In this document: piece after piece, positions 46,981-59,588 of the stretch
Numbering within the stretch: position 1 is the stretch's first letter
Layout: every line of letters starts with the position of its first letter
NCBI GenBank assembly: GCA_038087875.1
Contig: CM075987.1
Span: forward strand, 19,284,001 to 19,348,000
Length of the DNA: 64,000 nt
Direction of reading: 5' to 3'
Source of the DNA: Malacoraja senta
Taxonomy: Eukaryota
Translations under genes and position numbers: made by a program
Notes under the pieces: generated by a model
Told to the model about the DNA's origin: nothing
Databases searched by the model: none
Seen by the model: the letters and a program-made list of their open reading frames with translations, nothing else

Positions 46981-49900
46981 CCGAATGGCCTATTCCTACA
47001 CCCATTGTCTATTACAAGGGGGAGGTCATTTAAAATTGGGGTGTATGGGAGTTTCTTCTCTGAGGTTGGTGAACCTGGGGAATTCTCTACCCCAAAGGGT
47101 TGTGAAAGTATTTTAAAAGAAAGTGGATACATTTGCAGACCATAGCCACTAAAAACCTTTGCAGATTCTGGTGTAATGTAGGATAGAAAGCAGCAAGCTT
47201 CCTTTACAGTCAACTTGTTAATCACCACCTACTCTCCTTTAGAAATAGTGGATGAGGGATAGGATATTGGTCATCCAAAACAAAATTTCTGATATTTATT
47301 AAAATTATCCTGGATTGCATAACCTCCTGCAGTTAAGAGTTAAGCCATGACAACATAAGGAAATAACCCTGCAACTAGACAATGTCCATGAGATGTTAGA
47401 AACTTTATGTTGAGGCTCTTCCAGGGCATTGTGGTGCTGGTTGACGTCTACATTGACCGAGACTCCAGGAGAACACTGAAGGTTGAGAAAATAAGTTTGG
47501 GAGAATGATGGACATGACAAAGGCAGACATTTTACTAATTGCTGCCTGAGCAGCTGCTAGAAATCTGATTTTTTTCTTTCACATACAAAATAGAAAACTG
47601 CCTTGTGGGGGAAAAAAAATCTTGAGGTGCTATGTCCAGTTGCGCATGCAGATTGTAAACCAGCATCTCGGACAGTGGAGCGTCTCTTGAAGTCTCCCCT
47701 GCCATTCAATCCAATTATAGTTGATCTCTCCTATGCCCCCAAGGTTATCTTCCCCTGCTGCATGCAAACTGACTTTATTTTTACTTAACCACAAAATACA
47801 AAGTGTACTATACTTTGTATATATTTCTAAAATAGTCCTTTGATTTGGAGCATGCTGTGGCTGTGAAAGTGGTTAAGTGCACGTTGCAAACTTTTAAGAA
47901 ATTCCTCGGTAATTACAGCTGAGTTTAAAGTAACTAAGTTTTGTATACAAGTGAGTTACCCCGTGCTGGAAATAGGCCCTATTTAACCCCAAGCCATCAC
48001 AATCAAATTACTGAGTCATTTCTATCATCAACATTAAAGACCAAAATATATTGGAAAGGGTGAAAATGCATTTGTTTACATTACAATCAGAGAGATGTGA
48101 GAATCCCGTTGCTATTTTCTGATGCAACAAGTTGCTCCCGATGGTAGTTACTAATAACTGCTCGTTGTCCAATCCACAGTTCCAGGCTTTGGTTACAGCT
48201 GCCCAGAACCCACTTCCCAGTTCTTTCAAAACATCGCAGGCCTGAAACATTAACTCTGCTTCTCTTTCCACGGATGCTGCCTGACCTGCTGGCTGTTTCC
48301 AACATTTGTTTTTGTTTCTATCAAATCCCTGCATGACTTCTCCTACCCTCAGACTGCTGCAGGCATCTTCTGACCTTGTCTACCCTGATGCTCTCCATCA
48401 CTGGTGGCAATTTGGTTAGCTAACAATAACTTCCGATCGAATTTCCACCATTGGCTGTCTTCATTCTTTAAAACCAACCGATACATCGCAAGCTTTTGGT
48501 CACCAGTCGTGATGTGGCCACTCATTTTTGGCTAATTTTTGTAGCAAAACATCACAGAATATTTTAAGTTATTTCATCACTTTATCATCTGCACATCACT
48601 CAACAACATCTGGTTGGTTAACTGACATTCAATTACTTCAGCCCAAGCACAAAACTGTTGGAATATTCCCAATGAAACTAACTTTTTGTACAAGTTGAAT
48701 GCCATTTTAACTGAAATCATTTTACACCTGCGTTGACATTAGTAATTCATACAGTAACATATCAAATTCTGAAGTTATACAAAGACACAAAGCAGATTTT
48801 ATCTTAATTCTCTACAATAACTCCAAGTACAGCAGAAAGGCAGGAGGCTGTGGTTCTATTCTGAAACTGACCCTGTATTTAGTGTGCTGCTGACCTTGTT
48901 TGAGTTGGCCCTCAAGCACCCTCAGTTTCTGCGGCTGCTGATATAAGTTGCTTGCCTTCATTCACTGAAACCAACCTGACTACTCAGGCCAACCCAACAA
49001 GTTTTATGGAGGTACCAGGGCAGTGGCCTTTATACAAATGCAAAAGTTCAACTGAAAAAAAACAAAAAAAGGTAGAAATAATGGTGTAGCAGAATAGTTT
49101 GATCGGTAGCAGTAAAACAGCTGCAGTGAATAGAGAGTCAAAGGCTGGGCAGGGAGTATTCTCGAATGGATAGTAATGCTAGAATTGATTGAAGGTGAAA
49201 GTGACACAGATAAAATATAAAAAGGTAGATAATTGTTTTGTTTTTAATGACTGCAAATCTATATTGAATTGAATAAATGTCATAGGAAACGTTGAGCTAG
49301 AGGGAAAGTACAGAAACATTTCAGGAGATCCATCTAATTGGACAGTATTTATAACGAGCCATAGTGGGCCAAATGGCCTCCCGTTCAATTAATACTCAAC
49401 CATTACATGCAAGGGCTGAAACTCAAGGCATTCTAGTTACAGCATTCGCACACGCCATAGAAAACGAGTTTCTGCGTACTTCAGTTCAAACTCACACTGT
49501 CTCTTTGTACCCTGTTATTCAAAGGGCTACTGTATACAAAGCTGAAGCATAGATCTAGTTTAATAACTCCTGCAGAGTCACAGAAACCATTTAAATTTGT
49601 GGCCAGTCACTGCCCATGCATTTCCCAATACCACTCCTCAATTTACCCCTCACTGAGGCTCCAGCAATCAGTACTTCACTCTTAGATTCCTCAGTTTTAT
49701 GGTGATTCATATTACAATGTTGTTTACCTCAAATAAATGTACACAGAGCTCCCACACAGTCACATACACCAGCAGTGTTGTCTTTTATCAGCAGTGTTTT
49801 CTGATCTACACAGGTGGCTCCTAGTCCAAAGAACCAAGGACTAAAATCCATGCTGCCTTTCCAAGTGAGATTAATTCACTCTTTTTATTAATTTAGGTGT

Positions 49901-51099
49901 CAAAATTATCACCTCTTGTCTCGCAGCTCCACATTTAACTCGATAATCCCTATGTGGATGCTGTAGTGGAGAAACGTGGCTTTACAAACTACACCACCCC
50001 TTCAGCAACCCAAAGCATGCACTCTCTGACCTCGATACATTCATCCTCACTTTGGCTGGAAATGTCAGACACTACTTCCCCCACCCCCCACACTTCACAA
50101 AAATCAATCTGTTCTTCCTTGCCCTGGATAGAGGAGTATTTAAACACAGTCTCAATATCTCTGGATGAAATCTAACCATTGAATATACCAAGTTTCAAAA
50201 TAAAGAGCTGGAGTGGGCCATCTCACATACTGTTGATTCAATGCCATGTCACAGCACAAGTTTTCTTTTTTTTCCGATTTGGCATCAGTTCATAAAAATA
50301 AATATTTGGAGAAAAATACCTAGCCTAACAGGAAAGCCAGTTTCCCTGCCGTATTTTGTCCAAGATGATATTTTGAATCTGTCTGTAAGATTTAGATAAT
50401 GTGAATGGTCCCAGGACAAGACCCCAAGTTCCTCCTGTGATCTGGTCAACATTTGTTTCTCAACCAACATCACCAAAACAGCAACAAAAGCATCTGCTTT
50501 AGTCAATGGAGGTTGATAGGTGTTTAAAAATAGGAGTGAAGAGGGAGAAATTGCTAGTGGTAGGAGGCATGGTAACCAAGGCAGGGATTAAAACAGCAGA
50601 AGCAGTGGAAAGTGATGAAGTAAAAAATATTTTACTCAACATGTTGGAATGCACAGCCTGAAAGGAGTGGGAGCATATTCAACAACTCACACAGTCTCGC
50701 TCTGATTGCAAGATACAATGACCCTATAGAGTAATAGAGCAGTGCAGCATGGAAACAGGCCCTTCGGCCCACCTTGCCCATGTTGACCAAGTTGGGCAAA
50801 TTCATTTGCCTGCATTTTACAGAGGACTCTGTTTACATATCTGTTGTGCAGCTGTAAGAAAAGAATTTCATTGTTCTATGTCAGCACATGTGACAATAAA
50901 ACACTCATGACTCTCAGCCTAAAGCCCTCTAAATCCTACAATATTTAAGTAAGTAACAAGAACTGCCTCCAATGTATCTTATTGAGATATGTTATTGTTT
51001 TACGATGGTAAGTGACCAGGTGTGGAATTAGTTTAAGAAAGAACTGCAGAGGCTGGAAAAATCAAAGGTATGTTTTTGTATATTTTTTATGTCATTAAG

Positions 51100-51552
51100 C
51101 TGCAAAAGGTACAGAGGATTCACCAGGATGTTACCAGGACTCTCGGGCTTAAGTTACATGGAGAGGCTGAATAGTCTGGGACTTTTTTCCTGAAGTGTAG
51201 GAGGCTGAAGGGTGAAGGGTGAAATATACAAAGTTGTGAGAGGTATAAAAAAGGTGAATGGTCATAGTCTTCCCCAGAGTAGAGGTGTCAGACCAAACAA
51301 AAAGTATAGGTTTAAGGATGAAAGAGAAGATTTAAAAGGGACCTGAAGAGCAATAAGGGTGGTGCGTATATGTAACAAGATGCCAGAGGTAGCTACGATA
51401 ATTTTTAAATACATTTAAAAGGCAATTTTAAATAGGTACACGGTACAAAGTGTATAGGATATATGCTAAAGGTGGGCAGATGAGACTCGCTCAGCTATTG
51501 TGGAAGAATTGAGTCAAATGGCCTGTTTCTGTGCTGTATCTCTCTATGACTC
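51100..51552 (+). mobile_element. Old CR1 3' fragment
   Basis: VQRGFTRMLPGL.GLSYMERL.SLGLF and the tail GGCCTGTTTCTGTGCTGTATCTCTCTATGACTCTA. Confidence 0.75.
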
Positions 51553-53234
51553 TACAATTTGACAAGTTTTGAGGACAAGGGAAAGAGGTTCTTTCTGGCG
51601 AGAATTCTAGAACTAAGGGTCGATGAACTTGGCCCCAAAGGAGGTCAGTGAGAAAGGAGGAGGAAGGGGAGAAAGGAGGAACCAGAATTGGGGGTGTGGA
51701 GAGATCCAAGGGTTGAAGAATGTTAGAGAATGAGAATGACAAAGAGTCCTGGAGGCACTTGTACCCATGATTGTGACTTTAAATTGAATCAGGTATCAGA
51801 GGGCATTTGGTGAGGGGGACTTGGTCAGTGTTCCCAAGAGCTCAGGTTTATGGACAGTGGATGAGAGGACAACCAGGAGAGAGTAGAAACAAGGAACTGC
51901 AGATGCTGGTTTACACAGAAGGACACAGTGCTGGAGCAACTCAGCGGGTCAGGCAACATCTCTGGAGAACATGGATAGGTGAAGTTGCAGGTCGGGACCC
52001 TTCTTCAGAGTGATTGCAGGCACGAGTAGAATTGCACTGTACAGTAGAATTACAATATTATCCCACAACAGCAAGTACATAACAAAATCGAAGGATACAG
52101 AATATTATAGGGTTAAAGCTACCAATATTTAAGGGTACAAACCCAGAAACAATTATGGCAGCTATATTAGTGCTTAATTCTTTAATATGCTAACAGTAAT
52201 CTCAACTCGTTAAAAAGAAATGCCCATGTTATAATGAGTGCGAGATAAATGCAGACTGTACTTGGACATATTGCTGAACCTAACCCCCAAAAGGTAAACA
52301 ACTGCACATTTCCAGTACTTACAATGAAAGCACAGAATTCTAAATCCCAAATCCCTGTGTGAACCCATCCTCCTGCCAAATACACAGCAGGTAGTCATTG
52401 ACATTTGCTCTCTGCTGCCCTGTAAAGGAGCTTCTTTTGTCTCTGGTGGCTCTGGAAGCCTGTGAACAGCTCATGTCTCCCATCTGAAATTTGCCAAAGA
52501 TTTATTTCAAACCAGTATGATGAGATGTGTTCCCCTTTGAGCCAATAAAATAGATGCTAAAGCCAGCCACACTAAGTGAACAGTTACAGTACCACAAAGT
52601 TTTCCATGATCTTCAGTGGGAAATGATTCAGGCCTCTCACAGGGGCCTGACGTTTACAGAGTCATTGATACAGCATCTTTCACAACCTCAAGGCATCTCA
52701 AAGCATTTTGGAGCCAATGAATCATCTACAGGGTAGTTATGTGGCAGCTCACAGCACTGCCCCACAAACAATGTGATAACGACTATATTAGGCCAAAGAA
52801 TTAATGCCAGTTTGAACTCTGGGCAGAATTTCCTTCGTTTTGTTCACACAATGTTCTAACATCACATACAAGAGGGCAGAAAGAGCTTTTGCCAAAGGAT
52901 CAAAGCTCCAACTCTGCTCATCTACCTTAGTGCCAGCTTAAATCCCGTGCTGTAGGACTTAAATATAACCTTCTGATTGAGAGACAAGAGGCATCTGATT
53001 CGGAGACGATACCAGAATCATGTTTAAATATGTTTTTTAAAGATATCACAGCACATCGAGTCTTAACCGTTGTCAAAGCAGAGTGTGTTGCAAACAGTGA
53101 CCTATACGCTGCCAGAGGGCAGCAATAGCAGAGTGTAGAGCGAGGGGAGAGAGTTGAACAAGAAAACAGGAATGAAAATACACACAAGTCTCAGGTTTAC
53201 CCAAATACTGTTCAACTGAAATACATCCTGAAAG

Positions 53235-53696
53235 ATTCATAGCCATAGAGCCATACAGCATGGAAACAGACCCTTCGAGCCAACTTGCCCATGCCAACCA
53301 AGATACCGTATCTACATGAATCCTATCTGTCTGCATTTGGCCCAAATCCCTATGAACCTTTCTTATCCATGTACCTAATCTAATGCCTTTTAAATGTTGT
53401 TGCAGTACCTGCCTCAACTACCTTTTCTGGCATTTGTTCCATACACCCACCACCTGCTGACAGGTTCCTATTAAATCTTTCCCCTCTCACCTTAAACTTA
53501 TGTCCTCTGGTTCTTGATTTCCCTACTCTGGGTATAGTGCATTTACCCTATCTATTCCTCTCATGATCCTGTACACCTCATTAAGATCACACTCCTCCTG
53601 CACTCCAAGGAATAGAGTCCTAGCCTGCCCAACCTCTCCCTATAGTTCAGGCCCTCAAGTCCTGGCGACATCCTCGTAAATCTTTTCTGCACTCTT
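53235..53696 (-). mobile_element. CR1 3' fragment
   Basis: Reverse complement of the CR1 C-terminus and 3'UTR ([29 protein letters not shown]). Confidence 0.82.
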
Positions 53697-54107
53697 ATGA
53701 CCAGTTGAGCTATTCCGACACTTCATCTTTTAAGTAGGCACCGTGTTTGGCACAGTGATTGTGGGTGAAAGGGGCCCGTTCCTGTGCTATATTGTTCTAT
53801 ATTCAATTTCAATGCTCTACAAATTTTTCAGCAGAGTGTTATCTGAATTGAATTAGAAGACTGAATATTTTATATTTCTCTGAGACAGAGTCATCCAGCA
53901 TGGGATGAGGCCCCATGCCAACTAAGATGCCGCATCTAAGAGTCCTACCTGCTCACGCTCTGCCCATTTACCTCCACACGTCCTCTGGCAGCTCGTTCCA
54001 TATACCCACCTATGAGTGAAAATGTCGCCCCTCAGGTTCATATTAAATCTTGCCAATCTCACCTTATTGTGTCTATCGACAACCGACAACGGCCGATTGT
54101 TTTTGAT

Positions 54108-57100
54108 TTAAACTAGAATGGTTGGGGGGAGGAACTCAAATAGAGAATGCTATTAGACAGTGTGTGAGGCAGGAGGCAGAGAAGGAAAGCACTCAGACCC
54201 AACATGTAGGGGGAAAAGAAGAAAACAATAATAAACAGAGAATAAGAGGTGGTGGGGTTCTTAAATGGGTGAGCAGAGAAACAGAGGGGTGTAAAATGCG
54301 GGCGGAAGCAATAGGTAGCAAGGTGAAAAGTAAAAGTGGCAGGCAGACAAATCCAGGGCAAAAATCAAAAAGGGCCACTTTTCAACATAATTGTATAAGG
54401 GGTAAGAGCGTTGTAAAAACAAGCCTGAAGGCTTTGTGTCTCAATGCAAGGAGCATTCGTAATAAGGTGGATGAGTTGAACGTGCAGATAGCAATTAATG
54501 ATTATGATATAGTTGGGATCACAAAGACATGGCTCCAGGGTGACCAAGGCTGGGAGCTGAACATCCAGGGATATTCAATATTCAGGAGGGATAGAGAGAA
54601 AGGAAAAGGAGGTGGGGTAGCGTTGCTGGTTAGAGAAGAGATTAACGCAGTGGAAAGGAAGGACATTAGCTTGGAGGATGTGGAATCGGTATGGGTAGAG
54701 CTGCGAAACACTAAGGGGCAGAAAACGCTGGTGGGTGTCGTATACAGGCCACCTAGCAGTAGTAGTGAAGTTGGGGATGGCATCAAACAGGAAATTAGAA
54801 ATGCGTGCAACAAAGGCAAAACAGTTATAATGGGTGACTTCAATCTACATATAGATTGGGTGAATCAAATTGGCAGGGGTGCTGAGGAAGAGGATTTCTT
54901 GGAATGTATGCGGGATAGTTATCTAAACCAACATGTAGAGGAACCAACGAGAGAGCAGGCTATTCTAGACTGGGTATTGAGTAATGAGGAAGGGTTAGTT
55001 AGCAGTCTTGTTGTGCGTGCCCCCTTGGGCAAGAGTGACCATAATATGGTTGAGTTCTTCATTAGGATGGAGAGTGACATTGTTAATTCAGAAACAACGG
55101 TTCTGAACTTAAAGAAAGGTAACTTTGAGGGTATGAGACGTGAATTGGCCAAGATTGACTGGCAATTAGTTCTAAAAGGGTTGACGGTGGATATGCAATG
55201 GAAGGCATTTAAAGACTGCATGGATGAACTACAAAAATTGTTCATCCCAGTTTGGCAAAAGAATAAATCAGGGAAGGTAGTGCATCCGTGGATAACAAGG
55301 GAAATCAGGGATAGTATCAAAGCAAAAGATGATGCGTACAAATTAGCCAGAAAAAGCAGCATACCAGAGGACTGGGAGAAATTCAGAGACCAGCAGAGGA
55401 GGACAAAGGGCTTAATTAGGAAAGGGAAAATAGATTATGAAAGGAAACTGGCAGGGAACATAAAAACTGACTGCAAAAGTTTTTATAGATATGTGAAGAG
55501 AAAGAGATTAGTTAAAACAAATGTAGGTCCCTTGCAGTCAGAAACAGGTGAATTGATCATGGGGAACAAGGATATGGCGGACCAATTGAATAACTACTTT
55601 GGTTCCGTTTTCACTAAGGAAGACATAAATAATCTGCCGGAAATAGCAGGGGGCCGCGGGTCAAAGGAGATGGAGGAACTGAGTGAAATCCAGGTTAGTC
55701 GGGAAGTGGTGTTGGGTAAATTGAATGGATTAAAGGCCGATAAATCACCAGGGCCAGATAGGCTGCATCCCAGAGTACTTAAGGAAGTAGCTCCAGAAAT
55801 AGTAGATGCATTAGTGATAATTTTTCAAAACTCTTTAGATTCTGGAGTAGTTCCTGAGGATTGGAGGGTAGCAAACGTAACCCCACTTTTTAAGAAGGGA
55901 GGGAGAGAGAAAACGGGGAATTACAGACCACTTAGTCTAACATCGGTAGTGGGGAAACTGCTAGAGTCAGTTATTAAAGATGGGATAGCAGCACATTTGG
56001 AAAGTGGTGAAATCATTGGACAAAGTCAGCATGGATTTACGAAAGGTAAATCGTGTCTGACGAATCTTATAGAATTTTTCGAGGATGTAACTAGTAGAGT
56101 GGATAGGGGAGAACCAGTGGATGTGTTGTATCTGGACTTTCAGAAGGCTTTCGACAAGGTACCACATAAGAGATTAGGATACAAACTTAAATCACACGGT
56201 ATTGGGGGTTCAGTATTGATGTGGATAGAGAACTGGCTGGCAAACAGGAAGCAAAGAGTAGGAGTAAACGGGTCCTTTTCACAATGGCAGGCAGTGACTA
56301 GTGGGGTACCGCAAGGCTCAGTGCTGGGACCCCAGCTATTTACAATTTATATTAATGAACTGGATGAGGGAATTGAAGGCAACATCTCCAAGTTTGCGGA
56401 TGACACTAAGCTGGGGGGCAGTGTTAGCTGTGAGGAGGATGCTAAGAGACTGCAAGGTGACTTGGATAGGCTGGGTGAGTGGGCAAATGTTTGGCAGATG
56501 CAGTATAATGTGGATAAATGTGAGGTTATCCACTTTGGTGGCAAAAACGGGAAGGCAGACTATTATCTAAATGGTGGCCGATTAGGAAATGGGGAGATGC
56601 AGCGAGACCTGGGTGTCATGGTACACCAGTCATTGAAAGTAGGCATGCAGGTGCAGCAGGCAGTGAAGAAAGCGAATGGTATGTTGGCCTTCATAGCAAG
56701 AGGATTTGAGTATAGGAGCAAGGAGGTTCTACTGCAGTTGTACAGGGTCTTGGTGAGACCACACCTGGAGTATTGTGTACAGTTTTGGTCTCCAAATCTG
56801 AGGAAGGACATTATAGCCATAGAGGGAGTGCAGAGAAGGTTCACCAGACTGATTCCTGGGATGTCAGGACTTTCATATGAAGAAAGACTGGATAGACTTG
56901 GCTTATACTCGCTAGAATTTAGGAGATTGAGAGGGGATCTTATAGAAACGTACAAAATTCTTATGGGGTTGGACAGGCTAGATGCAGGAAGATTGTTCCC
57001 GATGTTGGGGAAGTCCAGGACAAGGGGTCACAGCTTAAGGATAAGGGGGAAATCCTTTAAGACCGAGATGAGGAAAAACTTTTTCACACAGAGAGTGGTG

Positions 57101-57333
57101 AATCTCTGGAACTCTCTGGCACAGAGGGTAGTTGAGGCCAGTTCATTGGCTATATTTAAGAGGGAGTTAGATGTGGCCCTTGTGGCTAAGGGGATCAGGG
57201 GGTATGGGGAGAAGGCAGGTACGGGATACTGAGTTGGATGATCAGCCATGATCATATTGAATGGCGGTGCAAGCTCGAAGGGCCGAATGGCCTACTCCTG
57301 CACCTATTTTCTATGTATCTATGTATCTATGTA
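54108..57333 (+). mobile_element. Young CR1 LINE, 5'-truncated at the end of ORF1, inserted in an older antisense CR1 fragment (53885-54068 plus 57334-57605)
   Basis: Starts at TTTAAACTAG (a typical ORF1 end), has an open ORF2, the 3'UTR GATCAGCCATGATCATATTGAATGGCGG and a (TCTATGTA)n tail. The two flanks join into a sequence like 53461-53640. Confidence 0.95.
54296..57232 (+). CDS. CR1 ORF2: AP endonuclease plus reverse transcriptase (frame open from 54122, first ATG 54296)
   Basis: CLNARSIRNK, GGGVAL, VYRPP, MGDFN, LGKSDH, KSPGPD, NYRPLSLTS, YLDFQKAFDKV, GVPQGSVLGP, KFADD and TRGH..WNSL, with no stops. Confidence 0.93.
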   Translation: MRAEAIGSKVKSKSGRQTNPGQKSKRATFQHNCIRGKSVVKTSLKALCLNARSIRNKVDELNVQIAINDYDIVGITKTWLQGDQGWELNIQGYSIFRRDREKGKGGGVALLVREEINAVERKDISLEDVESVWVELRNTKGQKTLVGVVYRPPSSSSEVGDGIKQEIRNACNKGKTVIMGDFNLHIDWVNQIGRGAEEEDFLECMRDSYLNQHVEEPTREQAILDWVLSNEEGLVSSLVVRAPLGKSDHNMVEFFIRMESDIVNSETTVLNLKKGNFEGMRRELAKIDWQLVLKGLTVDMQWKAFKDCMDELQKLFIPVWQKNKSGKVVHPWITREIRDSIKAKDDAYKLARKSSIPEDWEKFRDQQRRTKGLIRKGKIDYERKLAGNIKTDCKSFYRYVKRKRLVKTNVGPLQSETGELIMGNKDMADQLNNYFGSVFTKEDINNLPEIAGGRGSKEMEELSEIQVSREVVLGKLNGLKADKSPGPDRLHPRVLKEVAPEIVDALVIIFQNSLDSGVVPEDWRVANVTPLFKKGGREKTGNYRPLSLTSVVGKLLESVIKDGIAAHLESGEIIGQSQHGFTKGKSCLTNLIEFFEDVTSRVDRGEPVDVLYLDFQKAFDKVPHKRLGYKLKSHGIGGSVLMWIENWLANRKQRVGVNGSFSQWQAVTSGVPQGSVLGPQLFTIYINELDEGIEGNISKFADDTKLGGSVSCEEDAKRLQGDLDRLGEWANVWQMQYNVDKCEVIHFGGKNGKADYYLNGGRLGNGEMQRDLGVMVHQSLKVGMQVQQAVKKANGMLAFIARGFEYRSKEVLLQLYRVLVRPHLEYCVQFWSPNLRKDIIAIEGVQRRFTRLIPGMSGLSYEERLDRLGLYSLEFRRLRGDLIETYKILMGLDRLDAGRLFPMLGKSRTRGHSLRIRGKSFKTEMRKNFFTQRVVNLWNSLAQRVVEASSLAIFKRELDVALVAKGIRGYGEKAGTGY

Positions 57334-57937
57334 TTCCCCTACTCCATGTAAAAGACTATGAGTATTCACCCTATGTCCCTCATGACTTTATACCCCTCTA
57401 TAAGATCATGCTTCAGCCTCCTGCACTCCAAGGAATAAAGTCCCAGCCTGCCCAAACTCTCTCTTTCGCTCAGTCCCTTAAATCCTGGGAACATCTTCGT
57501 AAATCATCTGCACACTCCAGCTTAATGACATGCTTCCCATAGCAGATTGACCAAAACTAAACACAGTACTCCATGTGGCCTCACCGTCTACAACTGTAAC
57601 ATAACAATAAAAAGTAATAATTTTTTTAACGATTATGGAATTCATTAGGTTACATCTAGACTCACCACTGGCGAAGAGGTCTAGAGCAAGAGAGAATAAT
57701 TTAGACACATGTTGGTTGTTCAGTAGCAAAATCAAAAAGTTCCTTTTTACATTCGGATTAGTGAAAATGTGGAACTTACTCCCCTCGAAGGTCTGACAGA
57801 TGCTAAATTGAAATTTTCAATACTGCCTTTTTCTAAAACTAGGGTGGGAACCGCAAAGGCTAATGGCAAACTCAAACAAAGGAACAAAGGTGGAGAGGTG
57901 GTGATTGAACTCAGTAGTGAACAATGTTAAACGGCTA

Positions 57938-58146
57938 AGATAGACACAAAAAGTTGGAGTAACTCAGCGGGACGGTCAGTATTTCTGGAGGGAAGGAATG
58001 GGTAATGTTTCGGGTCGAGTCTGAAGAAGGGTCTCAACCCAAAACGTCACCCATTCCTTCTCTCCAGAGATGCTGCCTGTCCCGCTGAGTTACTCCAGCT
58101 TTTTGTGTCTATCTTTGGTTTAAACCATATCTGCAGTTCCTTCTTA
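57938..58146. repeat. Penelope-derived palindromic repeat
   Basis: Inverted arms AAGATAGACACAAAAAG.TGGAGTAACTCAGCGGGAC surround GTCTGAAGAAGGGTCTCAACCCAAAACGTCACC. Confidence 0.75.
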
Positions 58147-58254
58147 CACAATGTTAAAAGGACCTCTTCCTGTTCAAAACAATTAGCCCTCAGTCTCACC
58201 TCTAAAGCTCCACTGAATAAAGGTTGATTTCTTAACACATTTTTTTTACCAGAA

Positions 58255-58797
58255 TGATGCCCGGATAAGTGAATGGACAGACTTGGATTGTTTTCTATGG
58301 AATGCCAGCGGTTGAGGGGAGACTTAATAAGAGTATGTAAAATTATGAGAGGCACAGATAGGGTAGACAGTCAGGACGGCATAAGGCCAATACGATATTA
58401 TCAAAGGAATCCTATAAAAAGGGGTAAACCATTTAGAACGGAGATGAGGAAAGACTTTTTCACACAGAGAGTTGCGAGTCTGTGGAATTCTCTGCCTCAG
58501 AGGGCGGTGGAGGCCGGTTCTCTGGATACTTTCAAGAGAGAGCTAGATAGCAGAGTCAGGGGATATGGGGAGAAGGCAGAAATGGGGTACTGATTGTGGA
58601 TGATCAGCCATGATCACATTGAATGGCAGTGCTGGCTCGAAGGGCCTACTCCTGCACCTATTGTCTATTGATAGTGGCACTTAAGGGGCTTTTGGATAGG
58701 CACATGGATATGTAGGGAATGAAAGGATATGGATCATGTGCAGGCAGGTACGATTAGTTTAACTTGGCATCATGTTCAGCACAGTGCTGTTCTATGT
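58255..58797 (+). mobile_element. Composite of two CR1 3' fragments
   Basis: The outer copy (MDRLGLFSMECQRLRGDLI.. and a tail at 58670-58797) encloses a younger copy at ~58420-58670 ending (CTATTGT)n. Confidence 0.8.
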
Positions 58798-58995
58798 ATG
58801 TGCGGTACTTCAAGATAATCTAAAGCCCCCACCCCAACCCTGATACATGGCCTCACTAATCTCAGCCAAAGGAACGTCACAATGCAGGAATGCCTCTCTA
58901 TCTCTGTAACCTCCCCCAGCGCTACACATCTGCACATATATTAAAGCTGCTTTACAAATGCATGTTGTTGGTGATGTGGTGGTCGGTCAACTTAA

Positions 58996-59301
58996 ACCCC
59001 TGTCTCACGGTGCGAGTCCACCCACGAGTGATCCCGAGTTTAAAAACAAATCAAACTCGTGGTAATCACGTAGAATTAAAGTAGCGGGAACGTCGGAACT
59101 CGTGGACGTAACTTAGCGACTCGTAACGCTAACGGCAGGTACTCGGGAAACTTGTTAACTCGTGAAAAAATTTCAACATGTTGAAAGATTTCCACAAGTC
59201 AAATTTACTCTTGAAGGAAAAATTTGAAACTTTTAAACTCGTTGTAATACCGCAGTAGCCCGTGAGTTTACCGTGGTGACTCGTGAGTAACTCGTGGGTT
59301 T
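58996..59301. mobile_element. PIF/Harbinger-like MITE related to 6314-6645 (opposite orientation), right TIR partly deleted
   Basis: TAA then ACCCCTGTCTCACGG. The internal CTCGTAACGCTAACGGCAGGTACTCGGGAAAC is the reverse complement of ~6495-6527, and the TTTCAACATGTTGAAA palindrome is shared. Confidence 0.82.
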
Positions 59302-59452
59302 GGCCTGAGTGCCAGAAGTGAAATGTTGAAGATTAGTCAGATCTTAATGGAAAATTTTCAGTGAAGGAGCAAAAAGCACTCACCGGGGATCTGAGAAACA
59401 GTGGCAAAAAGAATGAACAGTGTGGGGAAAGCCGCATTGCGAGAGTTAATTT

Positions 59453-59588
59453 ACATAGAAACATAGAAAATAGGTGCAGGAGGAGGCCATTTGGCCCTTC
59501 GAGCCAGCACCGCCATTCATTGTGATCATGGCTGATCATCCACAATCAGTAAACTGTGCCTGCCTTCTCCACATATCCCTTGATTCCG
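59453..59588 (-). mobile_element. CR1 3'UTR fragment
   Basis: CATAGAAACATAGAAAATAGGTGCAGGAGGAGGCC is the reverse complement of 33180-33260. Confidence 0.88.
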
